DNA from: Sphaerodactylus townsendi
Lineage: Eukaryota
Direction of reading: 5' to 3'
NCBI RefSeq assembly: GCF_021028975.2
Contig: NC_059438.1
Coordinates: 31,620,001-31,684,000, forward strand
Length of the DNA stretch: 64,000 nt
The notes below the pieces were generated by a model. The model saw only the letters and a list, made by a program, of their open reading frames with translations. It made no database searches and was not told where the DNA came from. The first letter of the stretch is position 1. Each line of letters begins with the position of its first letter. The translations under genes and the position numbers were made by a program. This document shows positions 14,161 through 24,104 of the stretch, piece by piece.

Positions 14161-15285
14161 AACTAGAAGAATCCTTCAAGGAGGGTTGCCAGTTCTGGGT
14201 TGGGAAATACCTGGAAATTTGGGAGTGGAGAACAAGAGGATGGGGTTAAGGGAGGGGAGGGACTTCAGTGGGAAATAATATGGAGTTCACCTTCCAAAGC
14301 GGCCATTTTCCCCACCAGAACGGATCTTGGTCACTAGGAGATCTCCACATGCCACCTAGAGGTTGGCACCCCTACTTTAAAAGCAACAACAAATTAATAT
14401 ATTCTTGAGGAGTCATATGATCCACTGAAACACTTCTTAAGCCAAATTTGGATCGTCTCAGGTTGCAAAGTCCTCCCGCCCGTTGCACAGTTTGGAGTGA
14501 CTGTGTGATGGGGGATATGTTTTGTCCATCTCACAGACGCACACTAATGAAATGGCAAGTGCAGTTGTGAAGATGTTTGCAACTGCAACAGCAAATGCTG
14601 GAAATGAAGTCCACCCAGACATATTTGAGGTGGAGAAGACATATACCCCATCATATACAATCACTCCACAGTGAAGGGGCGGAGCGAGGGAGAACTGTGC
14701 CCGGGGCATGCCCTGCGCTCCTGCTGCGGCACCACCCACCTGGAACGCCCCCACCCCAACCATGCTCACGCCCCCCTGCCCGTGGGCACTACACCACTGC
14801 CATAGTGTACCACAGAGAGAAACGCATTTTACTGTGACATGCCTCTGAAGATGTCAGCCATAGATGCGGAGGAAATGTTGGGAGCTAAAACTACCAGACC
14901 ATGGCCACACAGCCCAGAAAACCCAATTGGCCATGCTGGCAGGGGCTGATGGGATTTGTAGTCCATGAACATCTGGAGAGCTGCAGGTTGCGGACCCCTG
15001 ACCTAGATGATTGCAAAGCCTTTGGTGATACTAACCATCAGTTCAAACAAAAAAAATTATAAATGACTTTATTTTTTTTATTTTTTTGCACAGCACCCAG
15101 AGAATAATGTTTTACATACACATGGACGGTGTGTTTTCCAGCCAGGAAACCAGTGTTGGCACCGTAATCAATGTAGCTTCTTGTTGCCCGGGACAACACC
15201 TGGAAGGTTCTAGAAGTAACACAGTTGGTGAGTCTCGGACAAGGTGGGCAGCCGCTCTTCAACTGAGATTCCTTTTCTCACACCA

Positions 15286-18200
15286 ATGATGCATTGCCTC
15301 ACACCTCTCCTCCTCCTCTTGTGGTATTGCTCTCAGTACACAGAGGTACTTTTAACCCTTCCTTTCCTGCCACCCCCATTGTCAGTCACCTGTTCAAACC
15401 CTCGACACCGAGTCTATCAGAGGCAGGACAGCAAACACCATGTCTCATGCTTGTGGGATGGGGACATCCAGCTGAAGTATTCAAAAGCTCCTAGACTGAT
15501 TCCAGATATCAATGGGGAAGAGAACCGTCAGCAGCCCCCTCCTCGCTGTCTCTGGTACCGAGACGCCATCTTGGTAAACACCACAAACAACTGGTCAGGT
15601 GAACTGGTGGTGGGCACAGGCTTCGTCAGGCAAGGTCCCCATCCACCTTGGATCTTCACACGTATCACCATGCACTGCGTATCGTCCTTCTGTTATGGGC
15701 CCACCTGTCTTCACCACAACCTGAGCATTGAAATGACCGTGCAGGATGTCCGTCTTTTCCTGCTTTGGCCGCACAACCTTCCCATCCGTGAATGGCAGCC
15801 GGTGCAGTGGGGTTGGTGTGCACGCCTGAAGAGCTCTACCTGGATCTACCACTTCAGGAGCCAAGGAGGAAGTCCTGCAGACCAACACATCCCTGCAAAT
15901 CAGCATAATAGACCAACTGAGTTCGCTGTTTATCCCCGTGCAGAATTGCACCAAGTGTGTGAATCGTATTATAGCTACCATACCACTGTGAAATACCCCC
16001 TGCGTGGATTCTACACGGTGTCACTCCGCATCGAGAAGGAACCTCAGTTGAGTCGAAGCCTGGACTTGTACGTGCAGCCTGCCCTGCTTCACGTCTTTAC
16101 TGCGTCTTCCAGACTGTCCAGCTTCCCCCATAAAACCCTCGGCCTTTCCTGGACCTTCCAACCTCTGACTGCCGGAATAACAGCTTTTGTGTTGGTGGAT
16201 GAACAGGGTCACGGGGACTGGTATCACTCATACAACGCATTGGCTCTGCAAAGGAATTTCTGTGCTGCACCCAAACCACAACATTCCAGGGAGAAAGTGG
16301 TAGCCAGCACCTACTTCCGTACCAACAAAAGGATATCTGGAGAACTGAGAGGCAAACTCCATTTTTCAGGTGACACCCTGATTTCCGCAGCTGGCTATAC
16401 AATGCCAACTCATCTCACCCTCAACCCACAGAAGATAAGGACTGGCACGTACATTTTTAGTAAACAGGGACTCTTCTATTCCACCCAAAAAGGCAGTGTT
16501 GTCCATGCCACCAGTGAGAACACCAGCTCCCACTACATCTTCTACCAGCAGGAGAGTTTCTCCTTCTTGATCATCCTTGAATCTGTCCAGCTGCAATGGT
16601 ATCGGTTCAACATGCATATGTATTTGAACCGCAGGGGGAGTCTATTCAGGTCGTTGGGAGAACAAGGCATAGAAGTTCATGTTTTCAGTGGTCATTCGCC
16701 TGATATAAATTTGGCTTATATTGTGTGGTTTATTCCTGTACAGCATCCTCGGCTGCAGTGTGAGTGGTCCTTCAACCTGCAACTTTTTGATTCAAAGAAC
16801 GACCATCTCCTTGCAAACAAGACTTATTCCTACAAAGACCATGTTCGAAATGCTGCCCACTTTCTCCCCCACTCTCTTCTACCTTTCAGAGCCGCTCTCT
16901 ACACGGGTTTTGTAGCAGAAGTGAATTGCGGAAGCGCTGGAATGGCTCGAGCTGTTTTAAACACTGAAGTCAGCACTCGTGGATCAAAGGTCTTAAAGCC
17001 GACGGTGCCTTGTCAAAAGAGCTACTGTCAGGAAGTGACTGCCATAATCCAGAAACCTGATCCTTCTAACTCTCTCATAAGCTATACAAGACAGTCAACA
17101 ATCACCTTGCAAGCAACTGCAAAGGCCCTGTGTAGGACAAATCTGCATATAGATATAATCTGGGAAATCTCCAGCGTTCATAGTAAAGGCTCATCAAGAG
17201 CGACCAGCAGGATTAGAACAGTCGGAGTCACATTTCATTTGCCTGGAAAACTCTTAAAGCCTGGCCTGTATCATCTTACAATGACCGTGACCGCATATCT
17301 GCCAGCATATAACATAACCATCAGAGAGTCCGATTCAGTTACCATACATGTTGTAGAAAGTGATTTGGTAGCAGTCATAGCTGGAGGCTCTTTCAGGACA
17401 GTCGGTGTTTCTGATCCTTGGACTTTGGATGCCTCTGCTTCCTTTGACCCCGATTCAGCCAACCCCCACGCAGGACTTGTATTTAACTGGCTGTGCTCCA
17501 AACGAAAACCAGACTTTTTAAAGATGAAACTGAGTACAGATGGGAAATGCCGTCCAGGTCAAGAGACTTTGAAATGGACCGATTCCCAGGAACCGGTTCA
17601 AATAGTACAAAGAGAGACACTTCTACCACAGAACACATATTATTTTATTCTGAGAATTACGAAGGGTAGAAGAACTGCAGATGCTTATCAAACAGTTCGG
17701 GTTCTGCCTGGTTCTCTTCCTGTGTTGAATTTCACCTGCGTTCGAAACTGTAGAAGAAACATTATACCAGCTGAAAGATTAACACTGTATGGGAAGTGTT
17801 TAAACTGTGAAGCTAGTCCAACTGTCTATCAGTGGTCTCTTCTTTCATCAAGCTCCAATAAAATACTTTTTGACTGGGATGCCAAAACTTCAACTGGGAG
17901 GTCGATTCCTTACCTAAGCATCAATCCGTTGGTGTTCAACACTATGCCACACAAATCTTACACTCTTAGCCTCACAACAAGCACAAAAGGGAGACAAGAC
18001 GCCACTTATGAGTATTCGTTTTCTATTAATAATCCCCCACGGATTGGGAAATGTACTATTTATCCAAGGGTAGGCACAGTGTTCCTTACAAAATTTAGTG
18101 TCCAGTGTAGTGGATGGGAAGATGAACATGGACCACTGACGTACAAAATCATAGCACATTCTGATGACATGAAAACGAGTCAAATGTTTTTTCCACAGAA

Positions 18201-21200
18201 TAGTCCATTGGGAACAATAGTATATGTAGGTCACCAACGTCAAAGTCTTCCGTGTTTTCTTCCCCTTGGCACACCATCTAAAAAGTATACCCTGATAGTA
18301 TCTGTTCAGGTGTACGATGCCCTTGGAGCATTTTCTCAAGACATTTTACAAGCCACCGTGCACGATTCAAGGAGAAACCAGTCAACTGCTCTTGTTCTCA
18401 GTGGACTTCACAATTTAATCAGCAGATCAAATGCCCCCATGTCAATTTTCTTCGAAACCAAAGATTACTTTAATATAGGTTATTATGTATATATGGTGGC
18501 CTCAGTATTGAACAATATTAGGTCATCACCAGCCATTCGTGGCTCTAAAACTTACTTGCGGGAAACTCTCCTTAACGTGTCTGCAGGGATTCCAATGACT
18601 GAGATTGGGGTAATAAGGCAAGTGATTGCCAGCGTCTGTCAAATCACACAGGAAGTCACAGAAATAAATGGGAAATCTCAGCTTCTCACAGTCAGGAAGT
18701 TCCAAGAAGCCACCAAAGCTCTACAAAGGCAAAAGGCCAAGGATCTGGATTCTAAGGAAACTGAAATCCTTCTCCACGGTATATTTAGGGGGCTATCAAA
18801 TGTGTTAACAGCTGCTCTATTGGACAGTAGGCATGTCAATATAGATTCAGTTAAGGAAACTATTGCTGTTGCAGAGATACTGGCAAACTTAGTATTGCAG
18901 GACAAAGTTCCTGGCGAGTATGAAACTAATTTAGAAGCTAAAGACTGGGCCATTCATCTACGGAAAGATGAGAAGCGGGATATTTCTCAAACGTTTAGAG
19001 AAAGAAAATGTAAGAACTGCTTCTATCCCAAACTGAAGAAGGAAAACGATACTGACTTCCCTGCGGATGCTGTGGTTTCCACCGTTTTGTATGAATTTGT
19101 TGAGAATCCCTTCCCTTGGCTTGTGGATGCAGCAGCTAATCACATGATAGTGATTGGGTTCAAAATGACCGCAGCTAAAGAAAATGGTGACACTTTAGGG
19201 ATCATACCTGAGGTTGTGGAAGTGATGATGGACATAAAAAACAAGGATTCTGACACCTTTGGCCTAACGGTAGGGCCAGATAAAAAATACCATAAGACAA
19301 CAGGTGGTTTTAGTTTTGAAGTGAGAAGAATCTCCACAGACATATTTGTCCAGATTGAGAGTAAAATAAAGGTTACTTTCAATGTCTCTCTCTATCTTGG
19401 GCTCAATGTCAGCAATCCTCCATTGATTTCTTACGTTGCTTACTTTGACAAACCTTCAGTATTAAATGGAAATTATCCCAATATTAGTGACTGTGCAGTT
19501 AAGACTCCTTATGTCCTTTGTTTTCCTCGGTCCTTGCTTTGGTCTTCAGCGGAAGGCAGCAGAGCAGACAAAAGGAACATCTCCATTGTTTTGCAGTCCC
19601 ATCCTTTTGTGAGAGTCCAAACCTCAAAGGTGGTTCGCATTACTGTTTTTACAACAGGGTGTCTAGACTTAGACAGAGTTCAGAACCAGTGGGAAGAAGA
19701 AACATGCACCCTTGGGTCTCAGACCAGCCAGTCCAAGATCCATTGCATCTGCAAATTAAAAGATACTACCATAAGAACCAAACGGCCCAGGTCAACAGGG
19801 ACCTCCAGCACTAGTGTCAGATTTGTTGCTGGTACATTTCAGATCTATCCCAATCCTTTGGATATAACAAAGGTCCTTTTAGCAGAATTTGACACAAATC
19901 CAGTGACATTGTTTACTGTGTTTTTCATCTTTGCAATCTACATCTTTCTGATTATCTGGGCCACAATGAAAGATAGACTTGACATGAAACGAAAAGACAA
20001 AATCCTTGTTTTGCCAGATAATGACCCTTTTCACAGAGTTTGCTATGTGGTCACTGTATACACAGGAAGTCGTGTCGGATCAGGAACCACAGCGGATGTC
20101 TTTATAGAACTGATAGGCCAAAACGCTGTCAGTGATGTACATCGTTTACAACACCCAACTTTTCCAATCCTCTTTCGTGCAGCTGTCAATACCTTTCTCA
20201 TAACCACCAAGAAAGACTTAGGAGACATTTTTTCTCTTCACGTGTGGCACAATAATGGTGGTTCTTCCCCTAACTGGTACCTAAGCCGAGTTAAAGTGCT
20301 CAATGTCAAAACTAAACAGTCCTGGCTGTTCTTGTGTAGAAACTGGTTTGGCCTTGGTAAGGCAGATTGCAAAATAGAAAGGTCATTTCTCGTGACTAAC
20401 CAAGATTTACCATTAAAAAAAATGGATTACTTCTTGATAAAACTTGCCAAAGACTTGGAAGACAGCCATGTGTGGCTCTCCGTCTTCTCTCAAGTTGTCA
20501 CTGGTCCTTTCAGCAGAGTTCAGAGGATATCTTGTTGCTTGGTGATCATGCTTACTAGCCTGTTATTTAACATCATGTTTTTCAGTGGCGAACAGGAAGA
20601 ACAGGTCATTTCAATACAGCTGCGTTATCTGAAATCCATCTACATTGGATTTGTGAGTGCTATGTTTTCTCTCCCTGTGCATTTGACAATCATAATTTTA
20701 TTTAGATATTCACAAGAAAAGCCTTCGGAATATGAGAATGATGAGAATGAGCAAAAACGGTGTTTCCTTTTAGTATCGGAAAGCTCTGAGGATCTCAATT
20801 TAAACTGGAATGCCCGAAGCCCGTCACGACCAAACCTCCGTAACAATTATTCGGGTGAGAAGGACACAGACACGAAGGCAGGAAGGTTAATATGCCGAGT
20901 GTTGAACTTCCTTTTTATAAGGCCAAAGTTTGCATGGTGGTGCAAGTACGTTTCTTGGACACTGGTCTTTTTAATATCTATCATTTCATCTTCTTTCATC
21001 ATCTTATATGGACTGACCTACGGTTACACAACGTCACTGGAATGGTTCATCGCATCCATGACATCCCTTTTTCAGAGTGTGTTTTTGGTTCAAATTTTGA
21101 AGATGGTTCTTTTCTCAGCTATGAGCACCGTAGTTCTCAAATACTGCAAACATATCCCCTGGATAAGCACAGAAAAATATGAACAGATGAAGCTGGAGAA

Positions 21201-22995
21201 AACGACTGTGCTTGGCAAAGACATGAAAAAGCTTCATCATGAACTTGTGCAACTTAGAGCATCCCGGGAATACCGGCCTCTAGAAGAGGACGAAGTCATC
21301 ATTATGAGGAAGAGAACAAGAGCGCAACACCTAGCTTTTGTTTTTGTAAAAGATATTATTTGTCACCTGATCTTTTCATCCTGTGTTTTAAGCATTGCCT
21401 ACTCAGTAGATACCACTACTAGCTTTCGTTACAATCAAGCAATTTATGAGAAATTCTCTGTTAATCTGTCCCAAGTAAATAGGTTGGAGGACGTGTACAC
21501 GTGGACAAGCAATGTCTTCGTGCCACTGATCCACAATGATGATCAACCAACCTATCTTTTAGACACTTGGTCTAAAATTCTTGGGTTGCCCAGAATGAGG
21601 CAAATAAGAGCCTCAAGTGCTAGGAAAACATGCTTCCATTCACACAGCTTCGTAAATAGTTTTCTGGTTAATGAAAGCCACTGCCGTTACAAATACGGAA
21701 AAGATCCAGAAGATGAAACGGATTATATTGGATCATGGACAATCCCCATGAATAAATCCACTTCCAAACACTCCAGCAGTTTTCAAGGGTTTACATTTGA
21801 GTCAGACATTGATCAGTGGGAATATAAGTCTTATGGTATTTTAAACACATATGGCCCCGAGGGGTATAGCTTTTATTTTTTCCCTAGAGAACAGCGACCC
21901 AATACCACAATGAGGCTGGATGATCTTCAAAGAAACGTCTGGCTTGACGAGAGGACCTGGGTCGTTATTTTTGAGCTGACCATTTTCAATGCAGACATAG
22001 ATCAATACTGCAGTATAACAGTCATGTTTGAGACTTCTGACATTGGAATTATTCATGCCAGCTTGTCAACACATACTTACAAACTGTCTGTTTTCCGTCT
22101 TCAAACTAAGTCCCAGATAGTGGCATATGGATTGATGACATACATTCTGATCTTTTACCTAGCCGATGAATTTAATATGTTACGTCAGGAAAGGATAGGC
22201 TACCTAAAAACAACCACCAACTTAATCAATTTTGCAATAAAGACCAGCTGTATATTTTTTATCTTGTTAATTGCACTCAAATTCAAAATGGCTTTTACCT
22301 TGATACAATTTTTTCTCCTGAATCCAGAAAAATTTGTTCCTTTTCATGTGGTTTCTCAAATTGATCAACTCTATAGGATGGTGGCAGGAGTTTTGACCTT
22401 CCTTCTGGTTTTAAAGCCTTATCGCTATTTTAGATTCATGTATAATGTCCGTCTAGCAGAAAAAACCATAGCAGCTGCTTTACCGCTGTTTGTTTCTTTG
22501 TCTGTGCTAACTGGTTTGCTCCTTTTCGCGCACATATCATTTGGATACCTTACATTTGGTGAATATCAATGGGATGATAATGATTCTATGATTCATTCTG
22601 GTGAGACTATTGTTTCATACTGTTTTCACATGATGACACTTAAGGATATTACGTTTTCATCCAATTCATGGATTGGCCTCTTGTTACGAGTTTTATTTAT
22701 TTATGCCATTATCGGTGTTCTTATTCATTTGTGGCAGTCTGTAGTTATCTTTACCTATGCATCGATGAAACAGCCAACCTACGAACTGCACTCTGACGAA
22801 GCAGAAGCAGTAAACTTTGTGGTTCATAAAATCCAAAGTCTATGGTGTCGCATAACCCATCAGACACCGTCCACAAGCAGCACTGGCCCTATGGACACTA
22901 TAATATTTGGAAAAGTGGCAAGAGGAAAGGGTAAGCATCTAGGACTCAAAAGCACCGAAGTTGAAGGCCAGAAAATGGTTTATCTTTCCGTTTAA
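15286..22995 (+). CDS. PKDREJ: PKDREJ-like paralog 1: intronless polycystin-1 family receptor (signal peptide, REJ, GAIN/GPS, PLAT, 11-TM/channel domain), ~2569 aa, divergent copy
   Basis: Uninterrupted 7.7-kb ORF; first ATG at 15286 precedes hydrophobic MMHCLTPLLLLLWYC; REJ motif LDASASFDPD; PLAT YVVTVYTGSRVGSGTTADVFIELIG...WHNNGGSSPNWYLSRVKV; LGLPRMRQIR; C-terminus KMVYLSV; position between TTC38 and CDPF1. Confidence 0.92.
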   Translation: MMHCLTPLLLLLWYCSQYTEVLLTLPFLPPPLSVTCSNPRHRVYQRQDSKHHVSCLWDGDIQLKYSKAPRLIPDINGEENRQQPPPRCLWYRDAILVNTTNNWSGELVVGTGFVRQGPHPPWIFTRITMHCVSSFCYGPTCLHHNLSIEMTVQDVRLFLLWPHNLPIREWQPVQWGWCARLKSSTWIYHFRSQGGSPADQHIPANQHNRPTEFAVYPRAELHQVCESYYSYHTTVKYPLRGFYTVSLRIEKEPQLSRSLDLYVQPALLHVFTASSRLSSFPHKTLGLSWTFQPLTAGITAFVLVDEQGHGDWYHSYNALALQRNFCAAPKPQHSREKVVASTYFRTNKRISGELRGKLHFSGDTLISAAGYTMPTHLTLNPQKIRTGTYIFSKQGLFYSTQKGSVVHATSENTSSHYIFYQQESFSFLIILESVQLQWYRFNMHMYLNRRGSLFRSLGEQGIEVHVFSGHSPDINLAYIVWFIPVQHPRLQCEWSFNLQLFDSKNDHLLANKTYSYKDHVRNAAHFLPHSLLPFRAALYTGFVAEVNCGSAGMARAVLNTEVSTRGSKVLKPTVPCQKSYCQEVTAIIQKPDPSNSLISYTRQSTITLQATAKALCRTNLHIDIIWEISSVHSKGSSRATSRIRTVGVTFHLPGKLLKPGLYHLTMTVTAYLPAYNITIRESDSVTIHVVESDLVAVIAGGSFRTVGVSDPWTLDASASFDPDSANPHAGLVFNWLCSKRKPDFLKMKLSTDGKCRPGQETLKWTDSQEPVQIVQRETLLPQNTYYFILRITKGRRTADAYQTVRVLPGSLPVLNFTCVRNCRRNIIPAERLTLYGKCLNCEASPTVYQWSLLSSSSNKILFDWDAKTSTGRSIPYLSINPLVFNTMPHKSYTLSLTTSTKGRQDATYEYSFSINNPPRIGKCTIYPRVGTVFLTKFSVQCSGWEDEHGPLTYKIIAHSDDMKTSQMFFPQNSPLGTIVYVGHQRQSLPCFLPLGTPSKKYTLIVSVQVYDALGAFSQDILQATVHDSRRNQSTALVLSGLHNLISRSNAPMSIFFETKDYFNIGYYVYMVASVLNNIRSSPAIRGSKTYLRETLLNVSAGIPMTEIGVIRQVIASVCQITQEVTEINGKSQLLTVRKFQEATKALQRQKAKDLDSKETEILLHGIFRGLSNVLTAALLDSRHVNIDSVKETIAVAEILANLVLQDKVPGEYETNLEAKDWAIHLRKDEKRDISQTFRERKCKNCFYPKLKKENDTDFPADAVVSTVLYEFVENPFPWLVDAAANHMIVIGFKMTAAKENGDTLGIIPEVVEVMMDIKNKDSDTFGLTVGPDKKYHKTTGGFSFEVRRISTDIFVQIESKIKVTFNVSLYLGLNVSNPPLISYVAYFDKPSVLNGNYPNISDCAVKTPYVLCFPRSLLWSSAEGSRADKRNISIVLQSHPFVRVQTSKVVRITVFTTGCLDLDRVQNQWEEETCTLGSQTSQSKIHCICKLKDTTIRTKRPRSTGTSSTSVRFVAGTFQIYPNPLDITKVLLAEFDTNPVTLFTVFFIFAIYIFLIIWATMKDRLDMKRKDKILVLPDNDPFHRVCYVVTVYTGSRVGSGTTADVFIELIGQNAVSDVHRLQHPTFPILFRAAVNTFLITTKKDLGDIFSLHVWHNNGGSSPNWYLSRVKVLNVKTKQSWLFLCRNWFGLGKADCKIERSFLVTNQDLPLKKMDYFLIKLAKDLEDSHVWLSVFSQVVTGPFSRVQRISCCLVIMLTSLLFNIMFFSGEQEEQVISIQLRYLKSIYIGFVSAMFSLPVHLTIIILFRYSQEKPSEYENDENEQKRCFLLVSESSEDLNLNWNARSPSRPNLRNNYSGEKDTDTKAGRLICRVLNFLFIRPKFAWWCKYVSWTLVFLISIISSSFIILYGLTYGYTTSLEWFIASMTSLFQSVFLVQILKMVLFSAMSTVVLKYCKHIPWISTEKYEQMKLEKTTVLGKDMKKLHHELVQLRASREYRPLEEDEVIIMRKRTRAQHLAFVFVKDIICHLIFSSCVLSIAYSVDTTTSFRYNQAIYEKFSVNLSQVNRLEDVYTWTSNVFVPLIHNDDQPTYLLDTWSKILGLPRMRQIRASSARKTCFHSHSFVNSFLVNESHCRYKYGKDPEDETDYIGSWTIPMNKSTSKHSSSFQGFTFESDIDQWEYKSYGILNTYGPEGYSFYFFPREQRPNTTMRLDDLQRNVWLDERTWVVIFELTIFNADIDQYCSITVMFETSDIGIIHASLSTHTYKLSVFRLQTKSQIVAYGLMTYILIFYLADEFNMLRQERIGYLKTTTNLINFAIKTSCIFFILLIALKFKMAFTLIQFFLLNPEKFVPFHVVSQIDQLYRMVAGVLTFLLVLKPYRYFRFMYNVRLAEKTIAAALPLFVSLSVLTGLLLFAHISFGYLTFGEYQWDDNDSMIHSGETIVSYCFHMMTLKDITFSSNSWIGLLLRVLFIYAIIGVLIHLWQSVVIFTYASMKQPTYELHSDEAEAVNFVVHKIQSLWCRITHQTPSTSSTGPMDTIIFGKVARGKGKHLGLKSTEVEGQKMVYLSV

Positions 22996-23016
22996 GAAAG
23001 ATGTTGCTAAAACTTG

Positions 23017-23022
23017 AATAAA
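23017..23022 (+). other. Probable polyadenylation signal of PKDREJ-like 1
   Basis: AATAAA 21 nt after the stop codon, followed by a T-rich stretch. Confidence 0.55.
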
Positions 23023-24104
23023 TTCCATATTTCTTTCCTGAACTGATATACATTTTTTTCCTAAATATGCTGTTCAATTGCCATTAGTTCCACTTCTCAA
23101 CTATTTCTACTTCTGCTATCAATTGCCAGCTTGGAGTGCTTTTCCAGATTACAAACATGCTACAGTGAACTTTGGCCAACTTAATCACTATCCAAACTAA
23201 GGTTAAGGTCAAACTAGGTATGATGGCACTCTTGTGGCTACAATGAGGACACCACTGCCATTTAAAAGTGACTTTAAAATATTGCAAGGTTCTTCAGCGT
23301 GGGGCTCAGTCTCCCTCCCCTCTCCCCACATCTTTTCATATGATGAAGCAGCTCTGGTATACTCTTTTCCATGAAAAGATGACAGTAATTTTTTATATTA
23401 ATTTGCCATTTCCTGGACCTTGTTTATAGTAGAAGAATTAGGTGAGCACTAGGACCCCTGTGGAACATTCTACTGCAAAGAAGGGTCCAGGAGATGGCAG
23501 ATTAATATACAAATGTACTGTCATCTTTTCGTGGAAAAGTTTCGTGGCAGTCGTTTTGACACTTGTACAGAGTGGGGGCAGGGGGAGCACAGATAAAAAG
23601 TGTCATGCAGAGGGGTCTGATCAGGATTGGGCCCTTGCAGCATTTGTAAATCACTTTTCAGTGGTGGTGGTACCCCCATGGTGGCCACGAGGATACTGTC
23701 ACATCTAGTTTGGCCTTAGACATTTTACCAACTTCTGTTTTTTTGAATGTCAGTGGACTTGACTTGGGAAAGGGGTGGACTGCAGTGGTTATGACTCCTG
23801 TGTGGACAGAGTTGCCAGCTCCGAGTTAAGAAATACCTAGATATTTAGAGGGTGGAGCCTCAGGAGGGTGGGGAGGAACTTCAGTGGCCAGCAAGTCCAC
23901 CTGTCATACAGTCCACCTTCCTAAGTGGCCATTTGCTCCAGCCAAACCATTTTCCCTGGTGCTTGGAGATCAGTTGTAATAGCAGGAGATCTCCAGTCAA
24001 ATCCTGGAAATTGGCAACCGTGCATATGGGTGACCATTGAGCTGCTCCTCCCCTGGCACCTAGCCTGCAGAAGCCTGTGTGAACCAGCTTTATTACTAGA
24101 GAAG

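Noticed and set aside
14460-14672. Possible extra coding exon upstream of PKDREJ copy 1
   Set aside because: All three + frames contain stops or give no recognisable protein; no convincing donor.
15244-15285. ORF-track starts of the PKDREJ genes at 15244 and 26846
   Set aside because: Both are GTG codons; the in-frame ATGs at 15286 and 26891 directly precede signal-peptide-like sequences and align with each other.
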